A stretch of 64,000 nucleotides of DNA from Prorocentrum cordatum (lineage: Eukaryota): contig CAUYUJ010000181.1 of assembly GCA_963575745.1 (NCBI GenBank), forward strand, positions 124,001 through 188,000, written 5' to 3'. Made by a program: the position numbers and the translations under genes. The number at the start of each line of letters is the position of its first letter. Positions within the stretch are counted from its first letter, which is position 1. A model generated the notes under the pieces. It did not search any database, was not told where the DNA came from, and saw nothing but the letters and a program-made list of their open reading frames with translations. Positions 48,801 through 61,328 of the stretch are shown in pieces.

Positions 48801-49853
48801 CCCAGAAGGCTCCCAGGAAGCCCCCAGAAGACCCCAAGAGGGCCCCGACACGAGGTTTCCGTTGGGTTTCCAAGACGGCTGGGGGGAACACATTGTCCAA
48901 TAGCTCGGCCAAGCTTTGGTCGACCCTTTGGCCACGTCGTCTTTTCTAGAAAGACAGAGGGCGGCGATGGTTCGCCGAAGGCGTCTTCGACATACGTGTT
49001 GCAACTCAAGCGGGCAAACGTGTGAGGTGCAGTATGTGCTGTGCAATATGTGAGCATCTGTAATGCGATCACTATGGTGTAGCCTGGGCGGTGCACCACA
49101 GGGCACCCTATTGCAGAAAGGGCGCCCACCATAGAGCACCACGCGGCATCAACGGCGCAAACGCGTGGCGGCGAGCCGAAAAAAACACGCCCAACGGCTT
49201 CGAAACCACATCCGACTCACGAACTCCTTCAACCAATGTTTGGATAATCGATGGCAACGTGAACAAAAGAGAGAGAGAGAGAGAGAGAGAAGGGAGATGA
49301 GGGGTGGGGGAGAAGGAGGATCAGCAGGAGCAGCAGCAACGAGGCAGCAGCACAGGGGACGAGCAGGAGGCGAAGCACGAGGAACAGACTTAAGGAGAAT
49401 GGACGAGGAGCACGAGGAGAAAACAAGGGATGAGGAAGTCTCCTGCTGTCGCCACCACGGCCGCGGCAGGCGGCCAGCGGCCAGCAGACCGGGGCATGCA
49501 GGAGCACGGCTCGCGGAGGGGTCGCCGAGCTGCGGCAGGAGAGGCAGGATGAACAGGGGAACAAGAAGTGGCATGAACACATGACATGAATAGGGGAACA
49601 ATAAGTGAATAGGGGAACAAGAAGTGACATGAATAGGGGAACAAGAAGTGGCATGAACATAAAAGCTCGGAGGTCCGCGCGGATTCCTCGGCTCGGCGCT
49701 GGATCCCCCTCCCTGGCGCGCGGAGCGCGCCAAGGGTGGCGCTGGAGGCGCCGCCGGGGGGCCCCAGCGCCGATCCGAGAAATCCTCTGTTCCCCTAATG
49801 AAGAGCAGCATCGGGGGAACGAGGGGGACCGGGGGAAGGCGAGGAGGACACGG

Positions 49854-49884
<31 letters not shown>

Positions 49885-49904
49885 CGACAAGCAGGAGCAG
49901 AGGC

Positions 49905-51358
49905 TCATTCTCCCGCCCCTCGCCCGCGGGGCCGGCCCGTTTCGCACGGGCCCCGCGAGGCCGCCGCAGCGGCGCGGCCTCCCCTCCCGGCCCCAGCCTC
50001 CGGCCCGCCGCGAGGCCCTGCGCGATGCACACGTGCTGGTCCCACGTGCTCTTGAGGGGGTGGTAGGCCGCCCACCGCTGGTCGGTGCAGCCGTGGTCGG
50101 CGCGGTGGCAGCTCTTGTCGCTCACCAGGAAGAGGTCCTCCACGGAGCCGACCCCGAGGAGGTCGAGGCAGTGCTCCGCGAAGTAGTCCTCGCTCCACCC
50201 CGCCCACGGCAGCTCGTGGTAGCAGAGCTGGATGCCAGCCGTGTAGGCCCTCAGCGCGGGCAGCGAGAGCACCTCGACGGCCCCCAGGAAGTGGAACTCC
50301 GCGCCGAAGCAGTCAGCGTTGCGGACGTACAGCAGGAGCGATGCGTCGAAGGCTGCCAGGTGGGAGCGGAGGCGCCCAGCCAGGACCACCGCGTCTGGGT
50401 CGACCTTGACGGTCCAGGCTCTCGCGGCCGTGCGGGGGTCTGCGGCGACCTCCTTCCAGAGCCGCACCCACGTGGGAGTGTTGAGCCACGAGTTGGTGGT
50501 CTGCCCGTCCTCGGCGTAGTGGCCCTTCGCGTGCGGCATCGGCAGATCTGGCACGGCGGATGTGGTCACCACTCTGCCGAGTGGCGTGGTTCCCAGTGTC
50601 AGGTTCCTCGAGCCGCTGCTGTAGACGCCGAAGTCGTCGCAGCCGAAAACGCCGACGCCCTGACGGAGCTGCGCCGACAGCAAGGCCTGCTCCGCGCCGC
50701 TGGGCCACATGAGGCAGAAGCAGAAGAGCGTGCCCGAGACGACCGTGGCACGGCTCTCCGGAGGGCCCTGTGGCCCCCCGTCGCTCGCCATGGGGCCGAT
50801 GCTCGTCGCTGCTGCCTTGGCGGTAGCGTTGCGCGGCAGTCTGTAGCCTCCCCAGGCGGCCAGCGTGGTCGTGGTGGTCGTCGTCGAGGCCCGCGTGGAC
50901 GCAGTGCTAGTTGACTGCGCAGACGCAGTGCCAGTGTGCTCCTTCGCCTCGGCGCGCGCGGCGAGCGCCGTTGGTGCCACCGCCTCGGGGCGCTTCTCTC
51001 GGCTGTGCACGGCGGTGGCCTCCACGGCTTGACTGCCGGGTGGCATCACACAGAGCCTGCCGTGACCTGGCCCTTGTCGTGCGCACGCGTCCAGAGCAAT
51101 GATCGTGGCCGTGGCCGCCGCCAGGAGGAGCCCTGCAGCGGTCCAGGCAACGCACCGCCGCCGAGACGCATCCCTGCTGGCCTTCACGTCGCTGGGAGGC
51201 GCGACTTCGAAGCCGTCGCCGATCGGCTCGTCGTAGAGCGGCGCGCGTGAGGTGACGAGCTCCTCAAGCAGCTCGTCCTCCTCGTCCTGCGGCAGCTCGG
51301 TGTAGAAGTGGGGCGCGGGCTGGCTCACCCCGGGGCGGATGGCATCAGCGTGCGGCAT
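49905..51358 (-). CDS. Intronless GT-A fold glycosyltransferase, GT31 (galactosyltransferase/fringe)-like, type II membrane topology; 3' end uncertain (frame stays open to 49229)
   Basis: It has an N-terminal TM segment (VAWTAAGLLLAAATATIIAL), a Ser/Thr-rich stem, TLFCFCL, WLNTPTWVRLW, a DxD in WTVKVDPDAV, GAVEVLS and WSEDYFAEHCL. Confidence 0.8.
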
Positions 51359-51427
51359 GGCCCATGGCGTGGCGGCGCGCGGCGGCCACAAACGGCCGGC
51401 GGGGTCCAGCGCGGAGCCAGGGACGTG

Positions 51428-51447
51428 CGCGAGCCATCGGCTACGGA
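51428..51447 (-). other. Relict spliced leader upstream of the glycosyltransferase
   Basis: TCCGTAGCCGATGGCTCGCG has the first 9 nt and TGGCTC of DinoSL intact, with the T-run shortened. It lies about 70 nt before the ATG at 51358. Confidence 0.65.
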
Positions 51448-52154
51448 GGAGGACGACGAGAAAGGGAGCCTCCCCCCGTTCATGGCCCCACCAGGTGCCG
51501 CGTTATACCCCCTTCCCCCACCTCCCCTCCGCCCTCTCCCCTGGGAGGGGAGCGCGGAGAGGGGACGTACGAAGCGCCCCTCTTTCGGCGTCCTCGGCCG
51601 CTGGTCACAGGTCGTGCTGCCGCCACTGGGCCAAGTCCTTCCTTCCTCCGAGCCTGCAAGATCTACGCGGCGGACACGAACCTTAGAAGAACGAGCAGCG
51701 TAAACATACGCTTTTGGCGCTTCTCTCGGATTTCTCGGATCAGCGCTGGACCCCCCTCCCTGGCGCGCGGAGCGCGCCAGCGCCGCCAAGGGAACCCAGC
51801 GCGGATCCAAGAAATCCGCGCGAAGCGCCACACAGTTCATGGTTATGGCGTTGTTTCTTCTTCGAGACCTGCTTTCCTCCCCTCCTCCCAGCGCCAGAAC
51901 CCCCGACTGCAGCGCGGTAAGGGGGCAGAGGGAGGGTGCAGAACACAGGGGGAGGCGGGAGGGCGAGGAGAGGGGAAGCACCACGCGAGCCACGCGAGGC
52001 GGGAAGGTGAGGCGAGGAAAGGTGGGAGAGCGGATCTGTATTTAGGTCGTGCATTTCCTCCTACAAGAAGATTTTGGAAGACAGCTGTACAAGCCACCCA
52101 AACATTTCAAATGTTGTCAAACGTAATTGAAAACACCGCCCCCAGAATATATTT

Positions 52155-54458
52155 CCCAACCAACCTGTTGTTGGGTCCTCGCATTGAACACAAGGTCCCG
52201 CGTTCCTCCTTCCTCCTTCCTCCTTCCTTCCTTCCTTCCTCCGCCTTCTCTCCATCCCTTCTCCCATTCCTGCCTTTGTCGCCCCCGCCCAGCACTCGTT
52301 TCGCGCCCCCACAGGGAGCTCCACCGAAGGCCTGAGTCGCTGCGCTCGCATGCGCCCACCGCACCCACTTCGGCACACCCCATCACATGCTTCGTGGCCC
52401 TATAGGGAGGTCCACCGAAGGCCCCAGTGGCTGCGTTCGCATGCGCCCACCGCACTCATTTTGGCACACCCTCATAAGTTCCGTGGCCCCATGGGGAGCT
52501 CCACCGACGGACCTAGCGGCTGCGTTCGCATGCGAACGCCGCACCCATTTTGGCACACCCCTCACACGTTTCGCGCCCCCTCGGGAGCTACACCGACGGC
52601 CCCAATGACTGCGCGCGCATGCGCCCAACGCACCGCGCCCATGTTTGGCACGCCCCACGCACACGTTTCGTGGCCCATGGGGAACTCCATCGACGGCCCG
52701 CGTGGCTGCGTCGCATGCGCCCACCGCACCCATCTTGGCACAGCCCGCACACGTTTCGTGGAGCTCCACCGAGGGCCCCAGTGGTTGCGTTCGAATGCGC
52801 CCACAGCACACATCCTGGCACACCCCTCACACGCTCCGTGGCCCCATGAGGAGCTCCATCGACGGCCCCAGTGGCAGCGATCCCATGCGCCCACCGCGCC
52901 CATTTTGGCACACCCCTCATACGCTCCGTGGCCCCATAGGGAGTTCCACCGACGGCCACAGTGGCTGCACTCGCACGCGCCCACCGCACCCATTTTCGGC
53001 ACACCCCTCACATGCTTCGTGGCCCCACAGAAAGCTCCATCGACGGCCCAATGGCTGCGTTCGCACGCGCCCACAACACCCATGGTGGCACATCTCTCAC
53101 ACGCTTCGCTGCCCTATAGGTAGCGCCACCGACGGCAACATTGTCTGCGTTCGCATGCGCCCACCGCCGTTCGCATGCGCCCACCGCACCCATTTTGGCA
53201 CACACACACACACACATACATGCACCTCGTACGTTTCGCGGCCCCTTCGGGAGTTCCAACGACGGTCCAAATGCCAGCTATCGCATGCGCCCGCCGCATC
53301 AATTTTGGCACACCCCTCACACGTTTCGTGGCCCCACAGGGAGCTCCACCGACGGCCTCAGTGGCTGCGTTCGAATGCGCCCACAGCGCTCATCCTGGCA
53401 CACCCTTCGCCGGTTACGTGGCCCCACAGGGAGCTTCACCGAAGGTCCACATGCCAGCGATCGCATGCGCCCACCGCGCCCATTTTGGCACACCCCTCAC
53501 ACGTTTCTTGGCCACACAGGGAGCTCCACCGTCGGCCCCAGTGGCTGCCCACCGCGCCCATTTTGGCACACCCCTCACACGTTTCGTGACCCCACAGGGA
53601 GCTCCACCGACCGCCCCAGTGGCTGCGCTCGCATGCGCCCACCGCACCCATTTTGGTAACCCCTTCCACGCTTCGTGGCCCGATAGGGAGCTCGATCGAC
53701 ACCCCACTGGCTTCACTCGCATGCGCTCACCGCGCCCACGTTGGCACACCTCGCATACGCTTCGTGGCCCCACAGGGGGCTCCACCCATGGTCCACATGC
53801 CAGCGATCGGATGCGCCCACCGCACCTATTTTGGCACACACTCCGCACGAGTTGCGTGGCTCCACAGGAAGCTCCACGGACGGCCTCCGTGGCTGCGTTC
53901 GCATGCGCCCACCGCACCCATCTTGGCACACCCCTCGCACGTGTCGTGGCCCCCAAAGGGAGCTCCACCGACGGCCCCAGTGGCTGCGTTCGCATGCGCC
54001 CACCGCGCCCATTTTGGCACACCCCTCATACGCTTCGCGGCCCCACAGGGAGCACCACCGACGGCCCCAGTGGCTGCGTTCGCATGCGCCCACCGCGCCC
54101 ATTTTGGCACACCCCTCATACGCTTCGCGGCCCCATAGGGAGCACCACCGACGGCCCCAGTGGCTGCGTTCGCATGCGCCCACCGCGCCCATTTTGGCAC
54201 ACCCCTCACTCGTTTCGTGGCCCCACAGGGAGCACCACCGACGGCCCCAATTCGCATGCGCCCGCCGCACTCATGTTGGCACACCCCTCACTCGTTTCGT
54301 GGCCCTACAGGGAGCACCACCGACGGCCCCAATGGCTGCTTTCGCATGCGCCCGCCGCACTCAATTCTGGCAAATCCCTCACACGCTTCGTGGCCCATTG
54401 GGAGCTCTTCCGAATGCGGTGCATACATCGACGGTGCTCACGACTGCAGATGGTTGGG
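52155..54458. mobile_element. Satellite-bearing element, copy C (more diverged ~90-bp units, ~52295-54415)
   Basis: Left end CCCAACCAACCTGTTGTTGGGTCCTCG. The right end CTGCAGATGGTTGGGTCTTTCGCCAGGCTATTTTTTCT matches copy A. Confidence 0.7.
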
Positions 54459-54515
54459 TCTTTCGCCAGGCTATTTTTTCTGCGGGCGTTGAGGCTATGG
54501 CAGAAACGTGCGATG

Positions 54516-54561
<46 letters not shown>

Positions 54562-57500
54562 GTATTGCCTCGTGATGCACACATTTAGTCTACCTTTGAA
54601 GGTCCTGAGCATCTGGCGCGGGCACGATTTATGTCCATACCCACAGCGTCTTGGACTTCCTGGGCAGGTGCGCCAAGAGGCCGAGGCGCAGTGTATGCGG
54701 TTATGGCGTGGTTTAATTACGCCGACGGTGTGGCTATGGCGGACGCATGCGATGATATCTAGATTGCCTCGCGGTGCACACATCGTTCGTCGATCTTTGA
54801 AGGTCCTACGAGGTGCCCCAGGGCTTCCGTGTGGGCCCCTGGGGGCCATCGGGGGAAAATGCATGTCTCCGCGAATGGATGTCCATACCCAGGCGCGCCA
54901 GCAGGCCGAGGCGCAGTGGATATGGACACAACATTCAAGGCTTCAAGGGCCAGATGCGCATCCATGTCCACTGCGCCTCTGGTTTCTGAGGCTGGGAGCC
55001 CGAGACTCCAAGGCGCAGTGGATATAGATACACATCTTCCCTGCACCTGCTGGCAGGCCGATTGCTTATTCGACGTGCTCATCGCAAGCGAAGAGAAAGT
55101 GGCGCGCTGCGGCGCATCTCATCTGGTACCGGTTGCACGGCGCGAGCGGGCTGTACCTGTCTATCGTGTGGGACACCTGGCCGGCCGCAAGGGGCGGACG
55201 GGCGGGCCTGGGCGGAGGACGACCTGGAGGACCGAGGAAGAGCAGGGGCAGGGGAGAGGACGAGCAGGAGTACTGAGGAGGAGGACTGAGGAGACGGCGT
55301 GGGGAGGAGGCGGAATGACGCAGAGGACGAGCCGAACAGGGGAAGGATTATGATGATGAGGATGAGGAGGAGCAGGAGCGCAAGGGGCAGAGAAGGATCC
55401 GCAGGCTAAGGGTGGCCGCATCTAGCCCAGGAGGACTCGCGAGGTGCCCACGCTGAGAGTGCGGCGCCACAAGCCCCACCTTTCTCGTCCTCCCCCGTCC
55501 CACTCCCTCCTCGTCCTCCCCGTCGTCCTCGTCCACGTCTTCCTCCCGACGACGGCCCTGGCCTGGCGAGCCACGGAGGTGGAGTCGGGAAGGGGTGCAG
55601 GCGCGGCGGCTGGGGACATGCCCGAGCCCACGGCGGCAGCCGCCCCGAACCCCATGGCACGCCGCGGCCCGGGGGATGCCAGCGACCCTGCCGCAACCGC
55701 GGCTGGCACGAAGCGGGTCGCGCCGGGACCGCTGGCGGGCATGGCCGCGCTGGCTGCCCCGCCCGCGCCTGGGGCTGGCAGCGGGCCTGTGCCCGGGCAA
55801 CTGCTCCCCTGGCCGGCGGCCCCGGCGGCCGGTTTTCTGCTGTCGGGGGGGCGCAGGCATGGGCGTGGCGCGCGGTCGCCCAATCCCCACGGCCCTCCCC
55901 AAAGTGCGGCCGGTGCCGCCTCGCTCGGCGGCGGAAGTCCGCGATTTCCCGGGGAAGCGGGGCCCGTCGCCCATCCGCGCCCCTATTGATCCAGACTTAC
56001 GATCGCCTGGTGCTTGTCGCGAGGCGGCGGGCGGCGGCCGCCCCTGGGCCCGCGCCCGAGGGGCCGAGGGGCCAGCACGCCGCGGGCGCTGCTGGCTGGC
56101 CGACTGCCGTGCGGAGGCGAGGTCGGCGCGCCACGCTCGGCATGCGAGGGGCATGCGGGTGCCGACTCCTCGTCCTGGAAATCGAATATGGTTCCTCCTC
56201 CTCCTCCTCCTCCTCCTCCTCCTCCTCCTCCTCGCCCACATGCCCCTCCTCCTGCTCGTCCTCGTCGTCCTCCCCGTCCCCAGCCCTCCCACCCCCTCCT
56301 CGCCCCGCTTACGCTGACGCTGGCACATGTTTATGTGCCGACCACTTGTACCCGCCACCCCCCTCGCACCTGCAAGTTTTAGCGGGCCACTGGGCGAGGG
56401 AGACCGCGGGTCGGAGCCGAGCGAGAAGAGGCGGGAGAGGGATGGGATACTTCGTGCCGCTGCTGCTGGTTGTCCTCCCCTCCTCCTCCTCCTCCTCCTC
56501 CTCCTCCTCTTCTTCTTCTTCTTCTTCTTCTTCCTCCTCCTCCTCCTCCTCCTCCTCCTCCTCCTCCTCCTCCTCCTCCTCCTCCTCCTCCTCCTCCTCC
56601 TCCTCCTCCTCCTCCTCTCCTCCTCCTCCTCCTCCTCCTCCTCCTCCTCCTCCTCCTCCTCCTCCTCCTCCGCCTCCTCCTCCTCCTCCTCCTCCTACTC
56701 CTCCTCCTCCTCCTCCTCCTCCTCCTCCTCCTCCTCCCTCCTCCTCCTCCTCCTCCCTCTCCTCCTCCTCCTCCTCCCCTCCCCTCCTCCTCCTCCTCCT
56801 CCTCCTCCTCTCCTCCTCCTCCTCCTCCTCCTCCTCCTCCTCCTCCTCCTCTCTCCATGCATTCCCCCCGCGCCCGAGCCGCAGAGGTCGCGTGCCAGCG
56901 GCCTGGGTCCGCTGGGATTGCGCTCCGGCGGTGGCCAGGTGCCTCAACGCGTCAGTGTGTTGCTGTTGGGCCACGGTGTGTCCGGTTCTGCTGATAGTCA
57001 GTGACGTCAGTGATGGAGCCTTAGTCCTGGCACGAGCATTCCCGTCGGCCTCACTTCGTCGCCCTCATCCTCCCCGGAATCATGGTCCATGTCTCTCCCT
57101 CGGTGTGTCGGCGTGCTGCAGGTCGTGGAGCCGCAGTCGGGGCAAGTGAGTGCCACTGGGGAGGAGGGGGGCGGACGCAGCAGCCTGATGCCAAGCTCGA
57201 CGAAGCCATCGCGAAGCCACTGAGCTGCTTCCAACGCTTTGCACACGAGTGAGGCAGAAGCAGAAGGAAGACCAGCCAGATAACCAAAGACACGAACATG
57301 CCCTGCGCGTATCCAGCCCATGGTTGCCGAAACGACGCGTTAAGCCAAACTGACCAGCCCGAATTGGACTGTAGATAAGCAGAATAAGAAGAAGACACAG
57401 AAGAAGGAACAGAGGGAGGCGACATCACGGTGAAGGACAACTGGCACGACGCTGTGTGGAATTTCCTGGGCCCAAACGGCCAAGACAAAACATCCAGCGC

Positions 57501-58249
57501 AACATAAAATATGAAAGGATGAGGAGGACGAGGAGGTGGTGGAGGAGAAAGAGGAGGAGGAGGAGGAGAAGGAGGAGGAGGAGGAGGAGGTAGGGGGAGG
57601 GAGGAGGAGGGGGGTGAGGAGGAGGCGGAGGAGGAGGAGGAGGAGGAGGAGGAGGGAGGAGGAGGAGGAGGGAGGAGGAGGAGGAGGAGGGAGGAGGAGG
57701 AGGAGGAGGAGGAGGGGAGGAGAGGAGGAAGGAGGAGGAGGAGGAGGAGGAGAGAGGAGGAGGAGGGAGGAGGAGGAGGAGGAGGAGAGGAAGAGGGAGG
57801 AGGAGGAGAGGAGGAGGAGGAAGAGGAGGAGGAGGAGGAGGAGGAGAAATGGGCAGAGCAGCAACACTGGACTGGAAGGAGGCGAGGCTGACCCCACAAC
57901 TCACAAGAGGCCCATGGCTCACTGCCGCGCCGATCGCGGCAGGACAACGCGGGTTCAAAGGGCAGGAGGAGGAGAGTGGGAAAAAGAGGGACGGGAGAAG
58001 AGGAGGAGGAGAGGGAGGAGGAGAATGGGAAAAAGAGGAGGAGGAGGAGGAGGAGGAGGAGGAGGAGGAGGAGGAGGGGCGGGAGCCGAGGAAGAGGCTC
58101 GCATACTACGCAGGCTGGCGCGCGGGAGCGCCGCCAAACGCCCTACCCCAAATTTCACTGCGATCGGGGGTGCGGCCGCGCGGTTCCACGCAAAACGCGC
58201 CCCTGAAGAAAACATGATCCGTCTGACGCTGCGCAAGGCCGTGCCCTAG

Positions 58250-59960
58250 CTGACCGTGTCCTGCGCAGCACATACAAGCCCAAGCTTCGGAGCACGCACC
58301 GCTCAGTCAATGTCAGCGCTGGGCTCTCCCACGAGCCTGTGATGTCCAGCGCGATCCCGATGAACGCGTCCATCGCCTGGTCCAAGGACGGCCAGGACAG
58401 TCCCAGAAAGCGGGATCACATCGAGTGATAGCGTCCACTAAAGCGTGATACTCGATCGAATTCACGGCGTGGCAGCCCAACAAACAACGGCCCCGTCCCT
58501 GGAACCGCCTCGACGTCGACCACCCGTTGAACGCGATGCAGATGTAGGTCGCGATGACGCGGGGAAGTACGAGCTTGGCAAGGCTCCAGCCACCTGTCCA
58601 CCCTATGTCCAGCATGCGCTGGGTTCTGCCACAAGTCTAATCGCCTGCGCAGGTGCGCAAAGGATGCGGCCAATCTGTTGGGGCGCGGGAGGGCGGACGC
58701 TCGAGCTTGCCGTCCTAATTTTTGAAATTCGCGATGCCCCGCCAGCGCGAGAGATCGACTTCCGCCACTTCCGGCGTGAACGTAGGAGACCGCCGACCCC
58801 AGGGAGAACAGGCAGCAGGTGCAGTACCAGTGACTGTAGAAACGACGTCTGGCGCCTGCTGATCGTACTCCGTGAGGTGCCGGATCTCCGCGGCACGGTG
58901 GTTGACATGGAGGCCTCCGCGCGTTCCGCTCTCGCGCAGCACGACGCGGGCCCAAGCGGCAACCGCCGAAGATGAGAAGCCAAGCCGCTCCAGCAGAACG
59001 CCAAAGTGTTTCGAGTTCTTCAAGAACGGAGCTCTGACCCAACCAGGCGACACCACAAAACAATCTCCCCAGCGCCTTGCGCTCCACTTCGCCGAACGCC
59101 TCTGGTGAGAAGTCAAGCCGCTCCAGCAGAAAGCCAAAGTGTTTCAAGCTCTTCAAGAACTGAGCTCTGACCCAGCCAGGCGACACCACAAACAATCTCC
59201 CCACCACCTTGCGCTCAACTTCGCCGAACGCCTCTGTGAAGGGGTCAACCTGCGCGCAGGCCCGGGGAACCGACCTCACGCATCACGTAGACCCTGTCGG
59301 CGTCCAGGGTGCCGGCCACGCCCAGCTGCAGCGCGCGCCCGACCTCCGCCGGGGTCGCGGAGACTTCCGAGGCGCACAACCCCAAAGTGAACTGCTCGCG
59401 GCCCGGGGCAACGAGGCAGCCCGAGTGATTCGCCTTTTGGGCCACCCCCAGGACACCCCAGGCCGGCGCCGCTGAGACGAGGCGCGCGCGGGCAGCTTCC
59501 AGTGTAGAGAGGGATGAGGACTGTCCTCATGAGGTTCAGCCGCAACCCCGCGGTACGCTCGAACTCCCCGATTACCCGCTCCCCCACAGCCGCCAGTCGG
59601 CCAGTGCCGAGTCGCCATGCGCACCCGCGCAGCATGCAGTCGGGGAGCAGACGAGCGATGCGCCGCATCAGAGTATCGATGGCCGCCGCGAAAAACAGAG
59701 GAGATGAGGGGCACCCCCGTCGAACGCCACGTCAAAAATCAAAGCGGGCGTGTTGGGCCCCACCCGAGGCGATTTCACGCGAGCTTTTCTGGCGTGGTGT
59801 GCCCCACACATCCGCGAAACCAGGATGGGTCAGCTGAGGTATGAGAAGGCCCAGTGTATGCAGCGATATTCGAAGCATTTTTCCCGATGGCAGGTCGCTG
59901 GTCGGCTCTGTGGGTATAGCAGGTACATCAGGCCGGCGTTGAACTCCATCGGCTGAACGT
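58250..59960 (-). mobile_element. Decayed non-LTR (LINE) retrotransposon ORF2 fragment: RT core to C-terminal zinc knuckle
   Basis: RGVRRGCPSSPLFF (59731-59690) corresponds to the RT motif GVRQGCPLSPLLF. Also present are EFERTAGLRLN..RT and NGWSTSRRFQ..RCLLGCHAVNSIEYH. It has stops and frameshifts and an internal ~133-bp duplication (58973/59106). Confidence 0.8.
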
Positions 59961-60683
59961 AAGAGTGCCGCTAGGCAAGAGTGACCTTTGGTGCACGGCT
60001 CTTGGGGATCGCGAGGAGGCCACACCCAAGCGCGCAGGCCGCTGCCATCGCATCGCGTTCAACCATGCCGAGAGGCCGGAAGCACCGTGCCCGTGCATGT
60101 GCCTGGTGGCGGCGTGCAGAAAAACGACGCGGAGAAACGGGCGCAGCGCCTCCATGCGGGAATCGGAGTATCGTCTGGGCCCAGCGCGGCGGGGTGGCTG
60201 GAATTTTGATGGCAGTCTCGAAAATGCGAGGCTGGGATTTCTCTGTATCCACAGCCTGGGAACCCATGTCCTGGTGCCCCAGCGGGCGGTGGATGTGGGT
60301 ATATTTTGGCCCCCGGTGGCCCGAATATATCCATATCGACCGCTTGTGGAGGTCTGCGAAGATCGATCCCCCAAGCGGTGGTTATGGATCAGTCCCCGCC
60401 TCGGAGAAATGGGACTTATGCAGGCGAGCCCGGTCCAGGTGGAAGTTGTGGATGGCAGCGAGTGGGCGGTGCTTCTCCTCCTCCTCCTGCAGCCACACGA
60501 CCGACGATCAAAACCAGGTCTTACCCGAGATGGCGCAGCGATCTTACGCCGCGGCTTAAGCGGGCCGCCAGCGCGGCACGCCACGCTGGAGACGAGGGCG
60601 CTTGCGCGCGAGCTAATGCGGGCAGCTTACGCGCCAGTGTCGGCGCAGACGACCTCGTTTTCTTGCGTCGCGCAAGTGGGACT

Positions 60684-60936
60684 TGTGCAGGCAGTCGAAA
60701 GTGAGCCTGGTAACTCAAATAGCATCCGATTCCATGATAGACATCGGATGGCAAATAGCGTCCATCGCTCTGCTGTGATAGTACAGTATGAGGGGTGGAC
60801 GGATAAGATCGGATAATATCGATGTAATGATCTTTCCAGCACATAGCGAACACTCGAGGTGTCCGGGCAGATAGGGCGCGCGTGCCTTGGGCCAAAGGCA
60901 ACGGCGCGCGCGAGCTATGCTCCCGATACTATAACA
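60684..60936 (-). repeat. Candidate 3' LTR of the copia element
   Basis: A purine-rich stretch (AAGGGTAGGTCTTTGGGAGA) is followed by TG at 60936. The CA end at 60684 is a guess, and the partner LTR is outside the window. Confidence 0.3.
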
Positions 60937-61328
60937 TCTCCCAAAGACCTACCCTTAAAGTCGGGAGGGGAGGAGACGGAGAGCATAGTCGCACGCAAAG
61001 GTCGCGCGCACGACTGTTTGCAAAAAAAGAAAACAGTGCGTACAGTCTGGCCTAACACCAGACTGCAAGGCGAGTTTCCTCGCAAAGTATTTCACGCAAA
61101 TACAAGACAGCCCCTTCAAACAATGAAGGGCTATCGGCTCAGTTAGAGGTAAGCCAAACAGGCCATACCTCACCAAGCAAATGTGTATTAAGGCAAAGAG
61201 CCTGAGTTGTACGAAGCCGGCTCGTTGCCAGGCGTGAAATACAAGGCTCGTTTCCGAGCAACTAGAGGGGCGCCTTTATAGTAGGCGCCCGTGCTGGCAA
61301 ATTGGACCGCGAGGGCAACAAGGACATA

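Noticed and set aside
55380..57500. Ala/Pro-rich ORFs and a hydrophobic ORF near 57050-57430
   Set aside because: These are GC-driven open frames without motifs, SL relic or splice support.
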